NCBI GenBank assembly: GCA_023334545.1
Contig: JAADVB010000096.1
Coordinates: 1 to 61,730 of the forward strand
DNA from: Salisapilia sapeloensis CBS 127946
Taxonomy: Eukaryota > Protista > Oomycota
Direction: 5' to 3'
Length of the DNA stretch: 61,730 bases
Below are positions 10,890-22,470 of this stretch, piece by piece. The notes beneath the pieces were generated by a model. It was not told the DNA's origin. It saw nothing but the letters and a program-made list of their open reading frames with translations, and did no database searches. A program made the translations under genes and the position numbers. The stretch's first letter is position 1. Each line of letters opens with the position of its first letter.

Positions 10890-12833
10890 CTAACGCTGGT
10901 AGTGCGTCCCATTCTTGCGCTTGCCGGACATTTGCCACTTGGCCAGCTTGGGACCCGACTGACGATCGGCTTCGCCCGCACGTGCCTGCATCGCCAGCCC
11001 GCGCTGCGCCAGACGTGCCAGCCGTTTGCCTTCCTTGACGCCTTCGGCCGACGCGAAGCCAGCCTCATCGCGCGGAGTCACGAGCGACTTGGATCGGCCG
11101 CGAGACTTGGAACGCGCTTCGCCATCCATATCCACATCGTCCACTTCGTCACGCGTGCGCTTGCGTCCACGCGCCTCGTTCTCCTGCGTGTTCTTCGCCG
11201 CGACCGCCTCGGCGTGCTGCATGTGAGACGTATCGACGCCAAGGTCCTCGAGCTCCTTCTTGGTGTCGCCCAAGGTACGACGACGCGCGAGCACCTTGCG
11301 CGAGAGAGCGGAGCGGTTCTTGTTCTTGTTCATGCGATGGTCAGCAACAATCTTGCCTCTCTTGTCGCGAATACGCTGGAGCTTGTCCTTTTGCTCCTCA
11401 TCCAAGTCGCTCATGGGTTCATCCTCGACGACGTTGTTCATCTCGGCATCTTCCTCCTGCTCCAAGGTCTCTAGACGCGACAGGATCTCCGGATCGACAA
11501 AGTCGGCAATGTTCTTGCCGTTCCAAATTTCCGGGATCGTGTCCTGCGTCCAGTCATCCGCCTTGAGCTGACCCTTGTAGTGCTCCTTGTAGTCGAACGA
11601 GTAGACGCCAGCACCGCCATTAGCCTTCATCTTGTCCTTGAGCAACTCTCTCGAAGTGCCGGTCGAACCGTTTGCACGCTGGTCGAGTACGCTCTGAGGG
11701 ATGGACACCTCTCGCTTGACGTCATCACGCGCAACAGGCGTCGCGACGCTCAGACGATTGAGCACACCAGCGATCTTGTTGCCCTTGACCTTAGTGTTGA
11801 CACGGTGCTCAAGGAGCTGGTCGCACGCAAAGTTCTTGACGTCCATGACGTTCTCTTCCGAGTGGTTGGACATGGTGAACATGGTCGCCTGCGTCTGCGT
11901 GACGGCGTTGTTGATCGCCTCTTGGTGCTCTGGCTCCAACTCGTCGAACGCACGCTGGTCGATCTTGTTGGCCACGAGCACGAGCGGCTTGTTGGCAAAG
12001 AGCGGACGGATGTTGTTGAAAAGCGAGAGCTGCTGGTCGATGCTGAAGCCACACTGCTCGGAGATGTCGAGGAAGAAGAGGACGGCGGCCTGGAGATGGG
12101 CCAAGGCCGTCACGGCCTGCATCTCGATCGTGTTTCGGTCTTCCAAGGCATGGTCGAGGATACCTGGCGTATCGATCACTTGCCAACGCAAGTACTTGTA
12201 GTCCAAGTGTCCGACGTAGAGCGCTTTGGTCGTGAAAGCGTACGGCTGGACGTCGACGTCAGCTCTCGTGACTTTGTTCATGAAACTCGATTTGCCGACA
12301 TTAGGGAAACCAGTGACAAGAAGCGTGCGCGTGTTCGGGTCGATAGATGGTAGACGCGAGAGATGCTTGCGCACTTCTTCAAGGTATTCTAGCGACGCCT
12401 TTTGCTTCTTGAGCAAAGTACACATGCGTCCCATGGCCGCTCGCTTGAGCTGCTTGCATCGGTAGAGCGAGTCTCCGTACTTGAGCATGCGGACATAGTC
12501 CTTGGCGATGGTGTCGATGAGCGCTCGGCAAGTGTTGATCTGACCAAGTGCGAGTTTGTAGTGATCTCGATCATATAAGATGTTGATCAAGTCGGCGTAG
12601 AACGGATGGAGGTCATCGAGACGAGGGAAGTCGTCTAGGATCTGGGAAAGCTTCTCTTGACAAGTCTGCTGCGTGAACTTGACCTTGCGCATGTAAAAGG
12701 CCCGGATGCGCGAGATGGGGTACGTCGGGTGGATGACGGTCGGCGTCTTGCGCTGCGTCCGCGTGAGGACGATGTCAATGAAGTCATTGGCCGGCGGCAC
12801 CGTCTGGATCTTCTTAAAGTTGTACACGACCAT
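10890..12833 (-). CDS. NOG1: Nucleolar GTP-binding protein 1
   Basis: YNFKKIQTVP, RTQRKTPTVIH, GFPNVGKSS, YAFTTK, DTPGILD, NKID motifs; intronless. Confidence 0.97.
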   Translation of the reverse strand: MVVYNFKKIQTVPPANDFIDIVLTRTQRKTPTVIHPTYPISRIRAFYMRKVKFTQQTCQEKLSQILDDFPRLDDLHPFYADLINILYDRDHYKLALGQINTCRALIDTIAKDYVRMLKYGDSLYRCKQLKRAAMGRMCTLLKKQKASLEYLEEVRKHLSRLPSIDPNTRTLLVTGFPNVGKSSFMNKVTRADVDVQPYAFTTKALYVGHLDYKYLRWQVIDTPGILDHALEDRNTIEMQAVTALAHLQAAVLFFLDISEQCGFSIDQQLSLFNNIRPLFANKPLVLVANKIDQRAFDELEPEHQEAINNAVTQTQATMFTMSNHSEENVMDVKNFACDQLLEHRVNTKVKGNKIAGVLNRLSVATPVARDDVKREVSIPQSVLDQRANGSTGTSRELLKDKMKANGGAGVYSFDYKEHYKGQLKADDWTQDTIPEIWNGKNIADFVDPEILSRLETLEQEEDAEMNNVVEDEPMSDLDEEQKDKLQRIRDKRGKIVADHRMNKNKNRSALSRKVLARRRTLGDTKKELEDLGVDTSHMQHAEAVAAKNTQENEARGRKRTRDEVDDVDMDGEARSKSRGRSKSLVTPRDEAGFASAEGVKEGKRLARLAQRGLAMQARAGEADRQSGPKLAKWQMSGKRKNGTHYQR

Positions 12834-13595
12834 CTTCCTGCCTTAACGGTGGAGGCGAAGCGTGGAAAGTGAGCTCTTCCGGTTCGAGCTGCTCTTTTGG
12901 TTGGCTCCAGGACAGGTAGTCGACTCACTTGCTCTTTGTATATCAGATCATTCGCTATAGAATGCCACCGTCCTTTATAACATATGACATGGCTACATGT
13001 CCGGAAGCGCATGGGCATGGGCGAGCACACTCGTTCGTCTAGTTGCTAGCGTTCAATGTAGCGAAAGTCTGGTGCATTCAGGCTATGAATACACTAGTGT
13101 ACGGCTATTGCTTACATTACGAGAGGGTGCTTTCGAAATGTTCCCACGGAAAGTTGATGTGTTACGAACTGCCACTCGAGCAGTAACGTGCGACTGGATC
13201 TTCCGCTGTCGACTGTATTGGACTGACTAGTAGGCATATAATCGTATTTCAATCGTACCTGCTTGTCGATCAACCTGATCGTTCACGTAGGTCTTTCATT
13301 CTCGCATTTCACTCGCCAACCGCTTCATTCCTTCCTCTTGGTCCGACATCTCGTCCAAAGGATATCGTTCCGAAATACAAGAGATCGCATCGACCTTAAT
13401 ATACTGAGATCCTCCACTTTGGACCGATCGAGCGCCGGGAAAAGCACAGTTATCCTTCGCCTCCTACTTGTAGAGGTACTTGAGGTCGGACTTTTGATTT
13501 TATACATCCAAAGACACTCCCCTTTATTCCCCTCGTACGACTTGTATCCAACGACGCCTTGAGCTCGTCGAGAGACCTACTAGGGACGATAAACG

Positions 13596-16500
13596 ATGTG
13601 GTCTGCGCTCTTTGGTAGCGGTGATGCCGACCAGGAGAATAACACGTCTCGGACATCGAACTCGTCACGCACACAAAAACGATCAGATACAGGTTATCGA
13701 CAGTCAGCAAATAAACTACCGTCTCCGTCGTCGACGGCGCCGTCCACGCCTTCCCCCGTGCCGTCCACGGATACGGGCTTTCGCTCTCGCGCACGGGAAG
13801 GCGGAAGCTCCTTCTCGTCCGTGTCTTCATCAAATCCACGAAGAGCTGTCTTAGAGGAAGATGATGATGATGAAAGTGCCATGCGGATGCTCTTGAAACG
13901 CATGAATCATCTCATGGTCAAAGTCGGTGAACACGAGTATGAAAAGAAGACGCTCGTCGAACAGGTACACTCCAAGCAGACACACTTTGAACAAACGTAT
14001 ATTAATATCTTATATTCTGCAGATGGAAAAGGAGCGAGAGCAGCATGGACAAGCGGTGGAAGAACTGCAGCAGCAGTTGGAAGCAGTGCAGGAGCAGAAC
14101 GTCCAGCTCCAGTACAAGGCTGAGTTCTCGTCGGAACCGATGCTGCGTGAATCTCTCCAAGACGTGACAGACATGCGTGACGCCTTGAGCGACGTGAAGA
14201 AGCAGTTGGAAAAAGAATTAGAGACGAAGGAAAAGGAACTGGAGGATCTCGAGCGTAAACTGCAGGATGAAGAAGAGCAGAAAGAGGCGCTAGTGCAGGA
14301 ACATCAACAGGAGTTAGAGAAAGTCAAGCAGGAGGCAAAGCAGTCTTTTGCCGCGGCATCCGACTTGAAGAGACTACAGGATAATCTCAACCTCGTGACG
14401 GAAGATCGAGATGCGTTGGAGACGAAATTAGAGGAAAAGGACGTGAAACTCCGATCGGTCGAGTCCAATCAAAAGGCATTACAGGACGAAAAGCAGTCTC
14501 TCGAGACACAATTAAACCAAGTACGTTCGGACAAGGAGCAAGAGCTACGGCAGATGCAAGAGCAGATGGAGCAAACGATCTCTCGTAAAGAAAAGGAGCT
14601 CCAGGAGCAATTGCAGCAGACGGAAGCGTCTTCCAGTCCTCTTCATGATCGCATCGCAGAGCTCGAGCGCCAAGCGTCTGCATTCACGAGTCAAGTGGAA
14701 GCACTTACGAAGGAGTCGGAAGACTACAAGCATGACTGCATGGAGCTCTGGCGTACAAATGAAGACCTGAAGCAGCAGTTGAGCTCTGCATCCGACGCGC
14801 AGTCTCGTGTCGATGATCTCTTGCGCCAGCTAAAGGAGCAGGATAAGGACCATCAGGATAAACTCACTGCCTTGAATTCCGAGCTCGCGATGACGCAGCA
14901 AGAGCTGGAGAAGAGCAAGAGTCAAGTCAAGACGCTCGAGACGCAGCAGCAAGTGACCAACACGAGACGCGAGATGACGTCGGAGCAGAAGAATTGGGAG
15001 AATGGGACCATCCGCAGTCTCTCGGAACAGCTCCAGTCGACGCAAAAGGAACTGACGGAAGCCATGGAGCTTAATCTGCAGCTGAGTAGTCAAAACGCGT
15101 GGCTAGAAGAGCAACAGGAGGAGCTCACGGGGATGGAAGGAGACGTATGTGCGCTTCAAGCGTCTCGAGACGAGATGCAGACTCATTGCGACACGTTGAC
15201 GCGAGAGTTGGAGCAACTACGTGCTGCATACGACGATATTGTCCAGCGCAAACGTCGAGATGATGATCAGCTCCATCAGCTCTACTCACAGGTGCAGTCT
15301 CTCCAGTCGGAAGTGGCAGAAGCTCAGCGACAGCAGTCGAACCTCAAGCATGAGAACGAGGCTCTCCGCCATGCCGCTAGTTCTCAGCAGCAAGCTTCGC
15401 TTGACAAGACGCAGGCGCTTGAGAGACAGATAGCACAAGTCGAGGACGAATGCGCTTCGAAAGCAAGTGAGCTGCAGTCGACGACTAGTCGATGGAAGGA
15501 GGACGCAGAGCGACTGCGGGCATCGGAAGCCAAGCTACGAGAGCTGGAGAAGGCTCTCTCGGATAGTCGTAGTCGAAATGCATCGTTGGAAGACCAGGTG
15601 CATACGCTCAAGCAGTCTGCGTCGCAAGTTGAAACGCTGCAGAAGGCATACGATGGTCTGTTAGAGCAGTATCAAGAGCTCCAAGCCACGCACTCGGCGG
15701 AGAATGAACAGGCGATGGAGGAACTGGAGAACCAAATGAAGCAGCTCGAAGACTCGAATCAGCAGAGTCTAGACGCTGCGTTTGAGGCTGAAACCAAGTA
15801 CGAGGAAGCGCTCAAAGAGCTGGAAAAGGCACGAGCGGATGCACTTGCGAGGTCCGAGCTGCTGAGTAAGCTGGAGCGACGGATGGCCGACACGGAGCGA
15901 CAGAGCAGTCAGCTCGGCGATCTTCGGACGCAGCTGCAGACGCTGTCGGCGAGTGAAAAGGTTGCCAAGGAACGCAGGGTCGTGGCGGAGAAGGAGGTGC
16001 AGGACTTGCGGCATGCGATGCAGGTGGAACGACAGCAACTGGAGGGGAGAGTGAGAGATGAAGCGGAGAAGGCTGCTGCATTGGAAGCGAACGTCGTGGA
16101 GCTTGGACGGGAACTGGAGGAAGCACGTGCGACGTCTGGACGGTATGAGCAGAGTCAAGGAGAACTGTCGTCGATGCAGCAGCAGCTAGCGGAATCGCAA
16201 ACAAGAGCGCAGACGCTTGCGAGGGAGACGGAAACGTATTCGCAGGAGGTTACGAGACTCGAGCAGGAGCTACAGGAGAAGGAGTCTCAGCTCACGACGC
16301 GCACGAAGGAAAGCACAGAGCTGCAGTCGAATCTCGCGCGATATGAAGACGACTTGCAGCAGCTACGAAAGGAGCTCGAGTCCCAGCGTCAGACGTCCAG
16401 TATGTCCGATAGTGAACGCGAGGCGATGCTTAATGAGATCGCGTCGCTACGACATGAATGTGGACGCTTGGAACAGAATCTAGAGGAGACGGAAGGTATG

Positions 16501-17064
16501 AATGCCAGTATGCAGGCACTGGAGCAGGAGAAACAGGAGCTAGCGACGAGACTTCATCAAGTCGGACAAGAGCTCGAGAATGTACGTGTGCAGTGCAATG
16601 CGCTTGAGCGCGAGCGTGACGAGAGCTCTCGATATGCGCACGAGTCGGCACAGGTGTCGGCTCAAGGCTACGAGTCGGAGATCCAGCGACTGACGGAGAG
16701 CAATGAAGAGCTACAGGACGAGGTGCAGCAACTGGCGTCGAGTCGGTTGGAACAAGCGCGTATTTTAGATGAGCTGCAGGTACAGGTCGCGGAGCTCCAG
16801 GCGGAGAACCACGTGCTCACGTCTCGGTCACAAGGACTCATGGACCAGTTCTCGCAGTATGCTGGCGACGTGCCGACTGCCGCACGGGCTAGTGGCGCCA
16901 AGGCAGGGTCGGCAGACCAGTCGCCGGACTTGTGGGACATGCTGTCGTCTGGCATGGAACAGCTCAAGGCAGACCTGCAACTTGCTGGGCAGTACGCTGC
17001 GAGCATCGATGGCAACAGCTTTGACGGTGCAGAGAATGAGGACTCGCTCCAAGTGGCCTCTTGA
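13596..17064 (+). CDS. Large coiled-coil protein; 2 exons
   Basis: Exon 13596-13964, GT-AG intron 13965-14022, then ~1000 aa of E/Q/L/K-rich heptads. Confidence 0.8.
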
Positions 17065-17479
17065 TTTGGTTAGACCCCGCGCTTTGATGTATTCGCCCTC
17101 ACTCGCTCTGTTTTGGTACTCAAGGAGGCGAAAGAGCGCCCCAGCGTGGCTATTAATACAACTTACAGCTTTAAACCTGTTTTCGTATCTTAAATGCCAA
17201 AGGTTTGTACGGTCTTCTACTCGACGACGGTCTTTTTGAAATAACGTCGTACCTAGATGCTATGCGTGTATGCGTCTTACGCTTCAGCTTCTGATAGAGA
17301 TCAAATTATATTGTTCTGTACACGTTGGATCTACTAGATCTCCGTAGGTAGTTGTTAACCATATTTCTCAAGATGGGATAGATACTCACTTAAGCCATGT
17401 TTGCTCTGAATAACGACTTAGTCAAATTGGAGATTCACCTTTTGTACTTTTGTTCATGATAATCGAATCGGTAAACTGC

Positions 17480-18110
17480 GTTCGCTGAGCATAACCAATT
17501 TTGTTTTGCCACTTACCATTGAAAACCTAATGTAACACTTCAATATAGCTTTCCCATCAAGCTAGAGTACAACAGCAAATAATCGTTGGTCTTTTATTCA
17601 ATCAAGAGGAAACCATCTTCGAGAAGACTTCAAGTCGCGTCTGGTGCTCGACATGTGCACATTTGGAAAAGCGCGCGAACGACTTGGTGAGCTCTTCGCT
17701 TTACTTGCGCTCTTGAGCTCTTCGCTATTATTTCGGAACAGGCATAGTACAGTGGTGGACGAAATAGTTGAATGGTATTTTCGACTCGCACTGTACTCCG
17801 TCCCAATGAAATGGCGAAGAGCTAAATGTCGCAAGTAAATCGAATGAAACTTCAACCTGAAGGGCTTCCGATGATACGCTCGACAATATTCCCGCCTAGA
17901 CTAGAAAGAGGAACGAACGATGTAGGCAAATAGGAATAGAAAGATGGATAACGACGTACGCGTAGGCCAAACCTTAAGGATTTGGACATCGATTCCGATT
18001 ACAATTCATCCATGTTTGCTTTCAGAATGCCTATAATTCCTTGCATAATGCCTGATCATCTGCTCAACGAACACGACCTATTTCCTATCCTTTCGTAGTA
18101 TGTGTCTAGC
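17480..18110. repeat. Degenerate dispersed repeat, copy 1, with internal foldback
   Basis: Aligns by eye with 32005-33130 (shared GAAGACTTCAAG...CTCGACATGTGCA...AGTACAGTGGTGGACGAAATA). Inverted arms 17695-17755 and 17788-17844. Confidence 0.8.
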
Positions 18111-18369
18111 TATTCCGAAGTGCATTTAACTAATGAATTGAACGACGTATTTTCAAATGTAAAAAAGCTTCATACGCTTCTGTCTAAGCAGAATGGACTA
18201 CGCTTGATATGCATGGTAAGTCATATCAGTTCCTGGATTGAACGATAGGTAGGAAAAGATAAAGGTTTGAAACCACCTAACGTACAGCTTTACTTGAATA
18301 GAAGGCTGCTTTGTTCCAAAAATACTTTATCAGTTCTGTAGTTTCGCTACGCAAGTCCGAAGCGCAAGC

Positions 18370-19170
18370 ATGTCAATGGAGTGTGTTTCTGTAGATTCGC
18401 CTATTAGTAAGCTAGTGGAAGCGAAGAAGGCAAGTACACTTCGTAGGCTGTTTATGATATTTCCTGTTCATGTCTGCTAGTAGCGAAGGCAGGAAGCAGC
18501 TCGGGACGTGGAGCTACTTCGCAATCGGATTGCATTGCTGCGAAGTGAAGAGGAGAAAGCATGGAGGAAGATTGAACAAACTCGGAAGAGGTCAGAGGAA
18601 TTACAGAAACTTCGAGAGACGAATGACCGGAACAACGCTCAGTTGCGTGAGCTCGCGAAGATTGCCGACATGGAGCTGCAGGCGTCAATCCAGGCGAAGA
18701 GAGAGCAAGTGCTGCGTATTGACGACCTACAGAAGAAGAGGGAGCTGGAGCAGCAAATTTTAGAAGCCAGGCGACATGAAGCTCGTCAACTTAAAGAAGA
18801 GAAGCAAAAGTGGCGTGAGGAAACAGAACGTCGGCGTCAAGAGATCCTGCAGGAAGCCATTCGACGTAAGGAAGAGGTCACGATGCAAAAAGAGATGCTG
18901 AAAGAAAAGAAGGAGCGCCAGCGGCAAGAGATAGAAAAGCAGTCCAAGGACCGAGCACGCGATCGAGTTCGCGACGAAGAAGAGATGTTTAGACAGAAAG
19001 GGAATGAAGTACAAGAAATGGAACGCATTGAGCGAGAGCTGATTGACCGATTGCGAGAGACTCAGCAGATACAGAAAGAGGCTTTCGAGGAGCTTGAGGC
19101 AGCATTGACAGGAGCAAATGGAAATGTCCACAGTCCGACACACAGTATTTCGAGTCCATATCGTAAATAA
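18370..19170 (+). CDS. Coiled-coil protein of unknown function; 2 exons with a GC-AG intron
   Basis: MSMECVSVDSPISKLVEAKK (18370-18429), intron 18430-18483 (GCAAGT...TAG), then RRQEAARDVELLRNRIALLRSEEEKAW. Confidence 0.75.
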
Positions 19171-19325
19171 GCATTTAACTGGCACTCTTCTGTTGTTGCT
19201 GCGAAAAGAAAGTTGGTCAAGTCTATGTGCGATGACTTTCTACGTACTCTAGTTTGTCTTTTTGATTCGCACAACAAAAATGCGTAAATCGAGTACTCAC
19301 TTACAGCAAAGAGTAGGAAAAAATG

Positions 19326-19397
19326 AGGTCCTACCGGGATTTGAACCCGGATCGCTGGATTCAGAGTCCAGAGTGCTAACCATTACACCATAAGACC
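19326..19397 (-). tRNA. tRNA-Gln(CTG)
   Basis: GGTCTTATGGTGTAATGGTTAGCACTCTGGACTCTGAATCCAGCGATCCGGGTTCAAATCCCGGTAGGACCT forms a cloverleaf with A/B boxes; T-run terminator just downstream. Confidence 0.97.
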
Positions 19398-19666
19398 ATG
19401 TAGTTGCAAAATCGGCAGCAAAATATTATAATTTTATATTAAGACGCCCAAATTATCACGATTACTGCAACCTACGAATGCGGAAGGGCAGTTAGTAGGG
19501 AGATTTAAAGCTGCTGAAGTCTGTCTTATGACCTCATGTCTTGAACGCTGATCTTTCCGCCATCCAATATTCCAAATCAGTAGCCTTTGAAGGTAGCTGA
19601 TGTCTAAATATCGGATGTTAATCCTATGAATGGTCAGAAAGCACTCATAGGGGGTTTAGCAAAGGG

Positions 19667-20243
19667 TATGCCGGGACTTGAAAGAGTCCACGCAGCATCT
19701 ATTGTGGGAATGCAAAGTCATCAGACCAGTCTGGAAGCACTGGTGTGAAATGTGGGGGTTGACAGAGGCCAACATTCTGTCTGAAGAGCAATTGCATTAC
19801 TATGTATGGCAAAGACAAATGCCTCCTCCGCCCAAGAACTTGGTTCAAAAGGTACGAGAATATGCAGGAATGACAACGCAGGAGCACTATCACGCTATGA
19901 CACATGTATGGAAAGCGGGATACACAATAATCGCAGCGCAAGGATGGCGACAAAGGAATGATCGAGTTTTTGGAACTACGGACTGGAAAGGCCGACCAGC
20001 TACACTGGTAATCTGGCAGCGAGTCATTAATCAACTGGAAGCAACTGGAAGGAGTTCCAGATGGAACGAACAAGATCTGTTAGCAGCAGCAAGCTACAGA
20101 GATATTACATGGGCCTTACGTCAAACGCCATTTCGAATTGAAGGGTCCACGTCACAAGAGAAACGGAACACACATCTGTCCTCGGGCAGGAAAATCCAAT
20201 TGGATTCCAAAGAGTTTAATTAAATAAATTCTTTGTTAAAAAA
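19667..20243 (+). mobile_element. 5'-truncated non-LTR (L1-like LINE) retrotransposon, ORF2 C-terminal fragment
   Basis: ESTQHLLWECKVIRPVW and WRQRNDRVF resemble the zf-RVT end of LINE ORF2. AATAAA plus A6 tail; 16-bp TSD at 19651-19666 and 20244-20259 (1 mismatch). Confidence 0.85.
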
Positions 20244-20790
20244 GGGATTTAGCAAAGGGCAACGTACAAGATCGATCGCCGAGAGCGATAAGTGTTTGGC
20301 CAGCTTTAGCTAGTAGAGTGCGATAGGAAAAGTACTCTCTGATATCTTGTAAAAGTCTTATATATGTTCCTTTAAGCTACATCTTGTGAATGTTTTATCG
20401 GAGATAAAGCAAGGAGGGTTCAACTTTTAAAGGCCCGATAATCACACAGACTGGCGACGATAACCGTGGGTACAGACAACTCATAAGCTTCATGATAAAT
20501 TGAAGTTTGATGACCCGTAATGATCTTTTAAGCTATGGACAAAAGATAGACTGGTTGCGTCTGGAATTTCCTCCCGAGTGATGGTCCACGTAGATGTCGC
20601 ATATCGACCTGGAAGTGTCTGATTGGACCAACTCAGATGAACAGCAGTCAGATGAAAACGTAGCCATACATTTGCCTGGGTACACTAGAATGAAGAATCC
20701 AAATCATCTCCATCCAAGCTTTCTCCAAGCTCACTCACTTCCCGATTTACTTTCAACGACCACAACAAACCAACAACCTTCTCGAGTGCC

Positions 20791-22470
20791 ATGTCTTCCT
20801 CCACATCCCTCGAATTCGGATTGATTGAAACTCTTCGGACTGGAAACTTCATGCTGGACACGCTAATATGTATGTGCATCCCGCTCCTTATTCAACGGAT
20901 CTTCTCCCATTTGGAGAATACGCCAGTCTGGATAAGTAAACTCTTCTCTCCGTTCCTCCATAAACCGCAGACTATCTACGTCGAACGAGTGGTTGAAACA
21001 TCCGAATCTTTTAACAGCTATGGTCGCTTGTTCCGTGATGAAGGCGAGAAGAATAAGATGCTGCAAAAAGCTTTGTCTCTCCACATCGCCGATGTCATTG
21101 ACATGAACAACCAGAACGCCATGTACGAGCTACAGAATAAGGTAAAGAAATCTTCGAAGAGCGAATCAGAAGAGGAGTCGACTGCGGACACGGAGTCTAT
21201 CTCGAGTGACGCCTCAGACAGCTCACAGGAGATCGAACGTCTGGTAGTGGAATCGTTTCCACTACCAGACAAGTGGGTAGACCTTGTGGAAGGCATTCAG
21301 TTTCTACACACGTCCAAATGCCCAAATGACAAAGATGAGGACGATAAGGATAGCTCGACGATCAAGAAAACCAAGACATCCTTCTTCTTCCGATCTAAAG
21401 CCGAGAATGGAACGCAGCATATCGATGATTTCATTGAAGAAGCGTTTGAAAAGTACCAGGAAAACGAGCGACGAAAGTGGACTGAAGACACTTCTCGATA
21501 CTTTTACATCCAAGAGCCTTTGCCGTTCTCATTGAATGAGAATAACAATAAGAAGAGTAAAATCAAGTACAAACGATATGAGCTAGGCGAAGAGAAGACG
21601 TTTGACAACCTCTTCTTCTCGGAGAAAGAGCCTCTTGTACGTCTCTTGGACAACTTTGTGGAACGCAGAGGCAAGTTCGGCATCAAAGGCTTCCCGTACA
21701 AACTTGGTCTTTTGCTACATGGTCCTCCTGGTACTGGCAAGACGAGTGTCATCAAGGCCGTGGCGCAGCACACGGGAAGACATGTCGTCACCATCGACTT
21801 GGGAAGAATCGAGACGAACCAACAGCTCATGGACGCTCTCTTCGATCACGAGTTCTCCGTTCGAGATATGGACTACCCGATTAAGATGGACTTCGAAGAC
21901 GTCATCTTCGTCATGGAAGACATTGACTGTGCCTCGAGCGTCGTCAACGCTCGGACGAAGAAGAAGGATCCTTGGGCGCAGGAGGTGAGTGTCGATAAAA
22001 CCACAAAGTCCACTGCCTCAACAAAAGAGGAAGCTGAAGCCAAGGAAGGAGACGGACTCCTGACTGCAATCGCCCGGATGGGCCACAGCGATAAAATGTC
22101 CAAGTCGATGGAAGATGATCAACTGAACCTGTCTGGACTACTCAATGTCCTCGACGGTGTCATCGACTGTCCAGGTCGGATCGTCATTATGACGACAAAC
22201 CACCCGGAGAAGCTGGACCCAGCGCTTATCCGACCTGGCCGCGTCAACAAGAAACTTTTCTTGGGCTACATGGATGCAGTGGAAACCCAGCAAATGTTCG
22301 AGTACTTTTTCCAGACGTCATTTTCCGATCATCAACGAAAACGTGTGGAAGAAATCTACAGCACAACCTCCAAGGGATTCACTCCAGCTGAGATCGAAGA
22401 GCTGTGTGCCGAGTTTGAAGAAGTAGACGATGCCATCGCACGACTTGCGTACTGGGCCAGCGCCTATTAG
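20791..22470 (+). CDS. BCS1-like AAA+ ATPase
   Basis: Walker A GPPGTGKT, Walker B FVMEDID, LNLSGLLNVLDG, MTTNHPEKLDPALIRPGR; hydrophobic N-terminus; intronless. Confidence 0.9.
   Translation: MSSSTSLEFGLIETLRTGNFMLDTLICMCIPLLIQRIFSHLENTPVWISKLFSPFLHKPQTIYVERVVETSESFNSYGRLFRDEGEKNKMLQKALSLHIADVIDMNNQNAMYELQNKVKKSSKSESEEESTADTESISSDASDSSQEIERLVVESFPLPDKWVDLVEGIQFLHTSKCPNDKDEDDKDSSTIKKTKTSFFFRSKAENGTQHIDDFIEEAFEKYQENERRKWTEDTSRYFYIQEPLPFSLNENNNKKSKIKYKRYELGEEKTFDNLFFSEKEPLVRLLDNFVERRGKFGIKGFPYKLGLLLHGPPGTGKTSVIKAVAQHTGRHVVTIDLGRIETNQQLMDALFDHEFSVRDMDYPIKMDFEDVIFVMEDIDCASSVVNARTKKKDPWAQEVSVDKTTKSTASTKEEAEAKEGDGLLTAIARMGHSDKMSKSMEDDQLNLSGLLNVLDGVIDCPGRIVIMTTNHPEKLDPALIRPGRVNKKLFLGYMDAVETQQMFEYFFQTSFSDHQRKRVEEIYSTTSKGFTPAEIEELCAEFEEVDDAIARLAYWASAY

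Noticed and set aside
504-12833. WDR55 and NOG1 (both ribosome biogenesis) as a functional cluster
   Set aside because: Separated by unrelated genes; proximity is expected by chance in a gene-dense genome.
12918-12962. U3 snoRNA-like 5' boxes (GACTCACTTG...GATCATTCGCTATAG)
   Set aside because: Spacing between A' and A is too long, and no convincing boxes C', B, C or D follow.
13060-13075. RNase P/MRP CR-I-like GCGAAAGTCTGG
   Set aside because: No complementary CR-V (CAGACT) found downstream to form P4.
19397-19667. LINE insertion ~270 bp upstream of tRNA-Gln suggesting tRNA targeting
   Set aside because: The second copy of the family (32686-32832) has no nearby tRNA; one case is not evidence.
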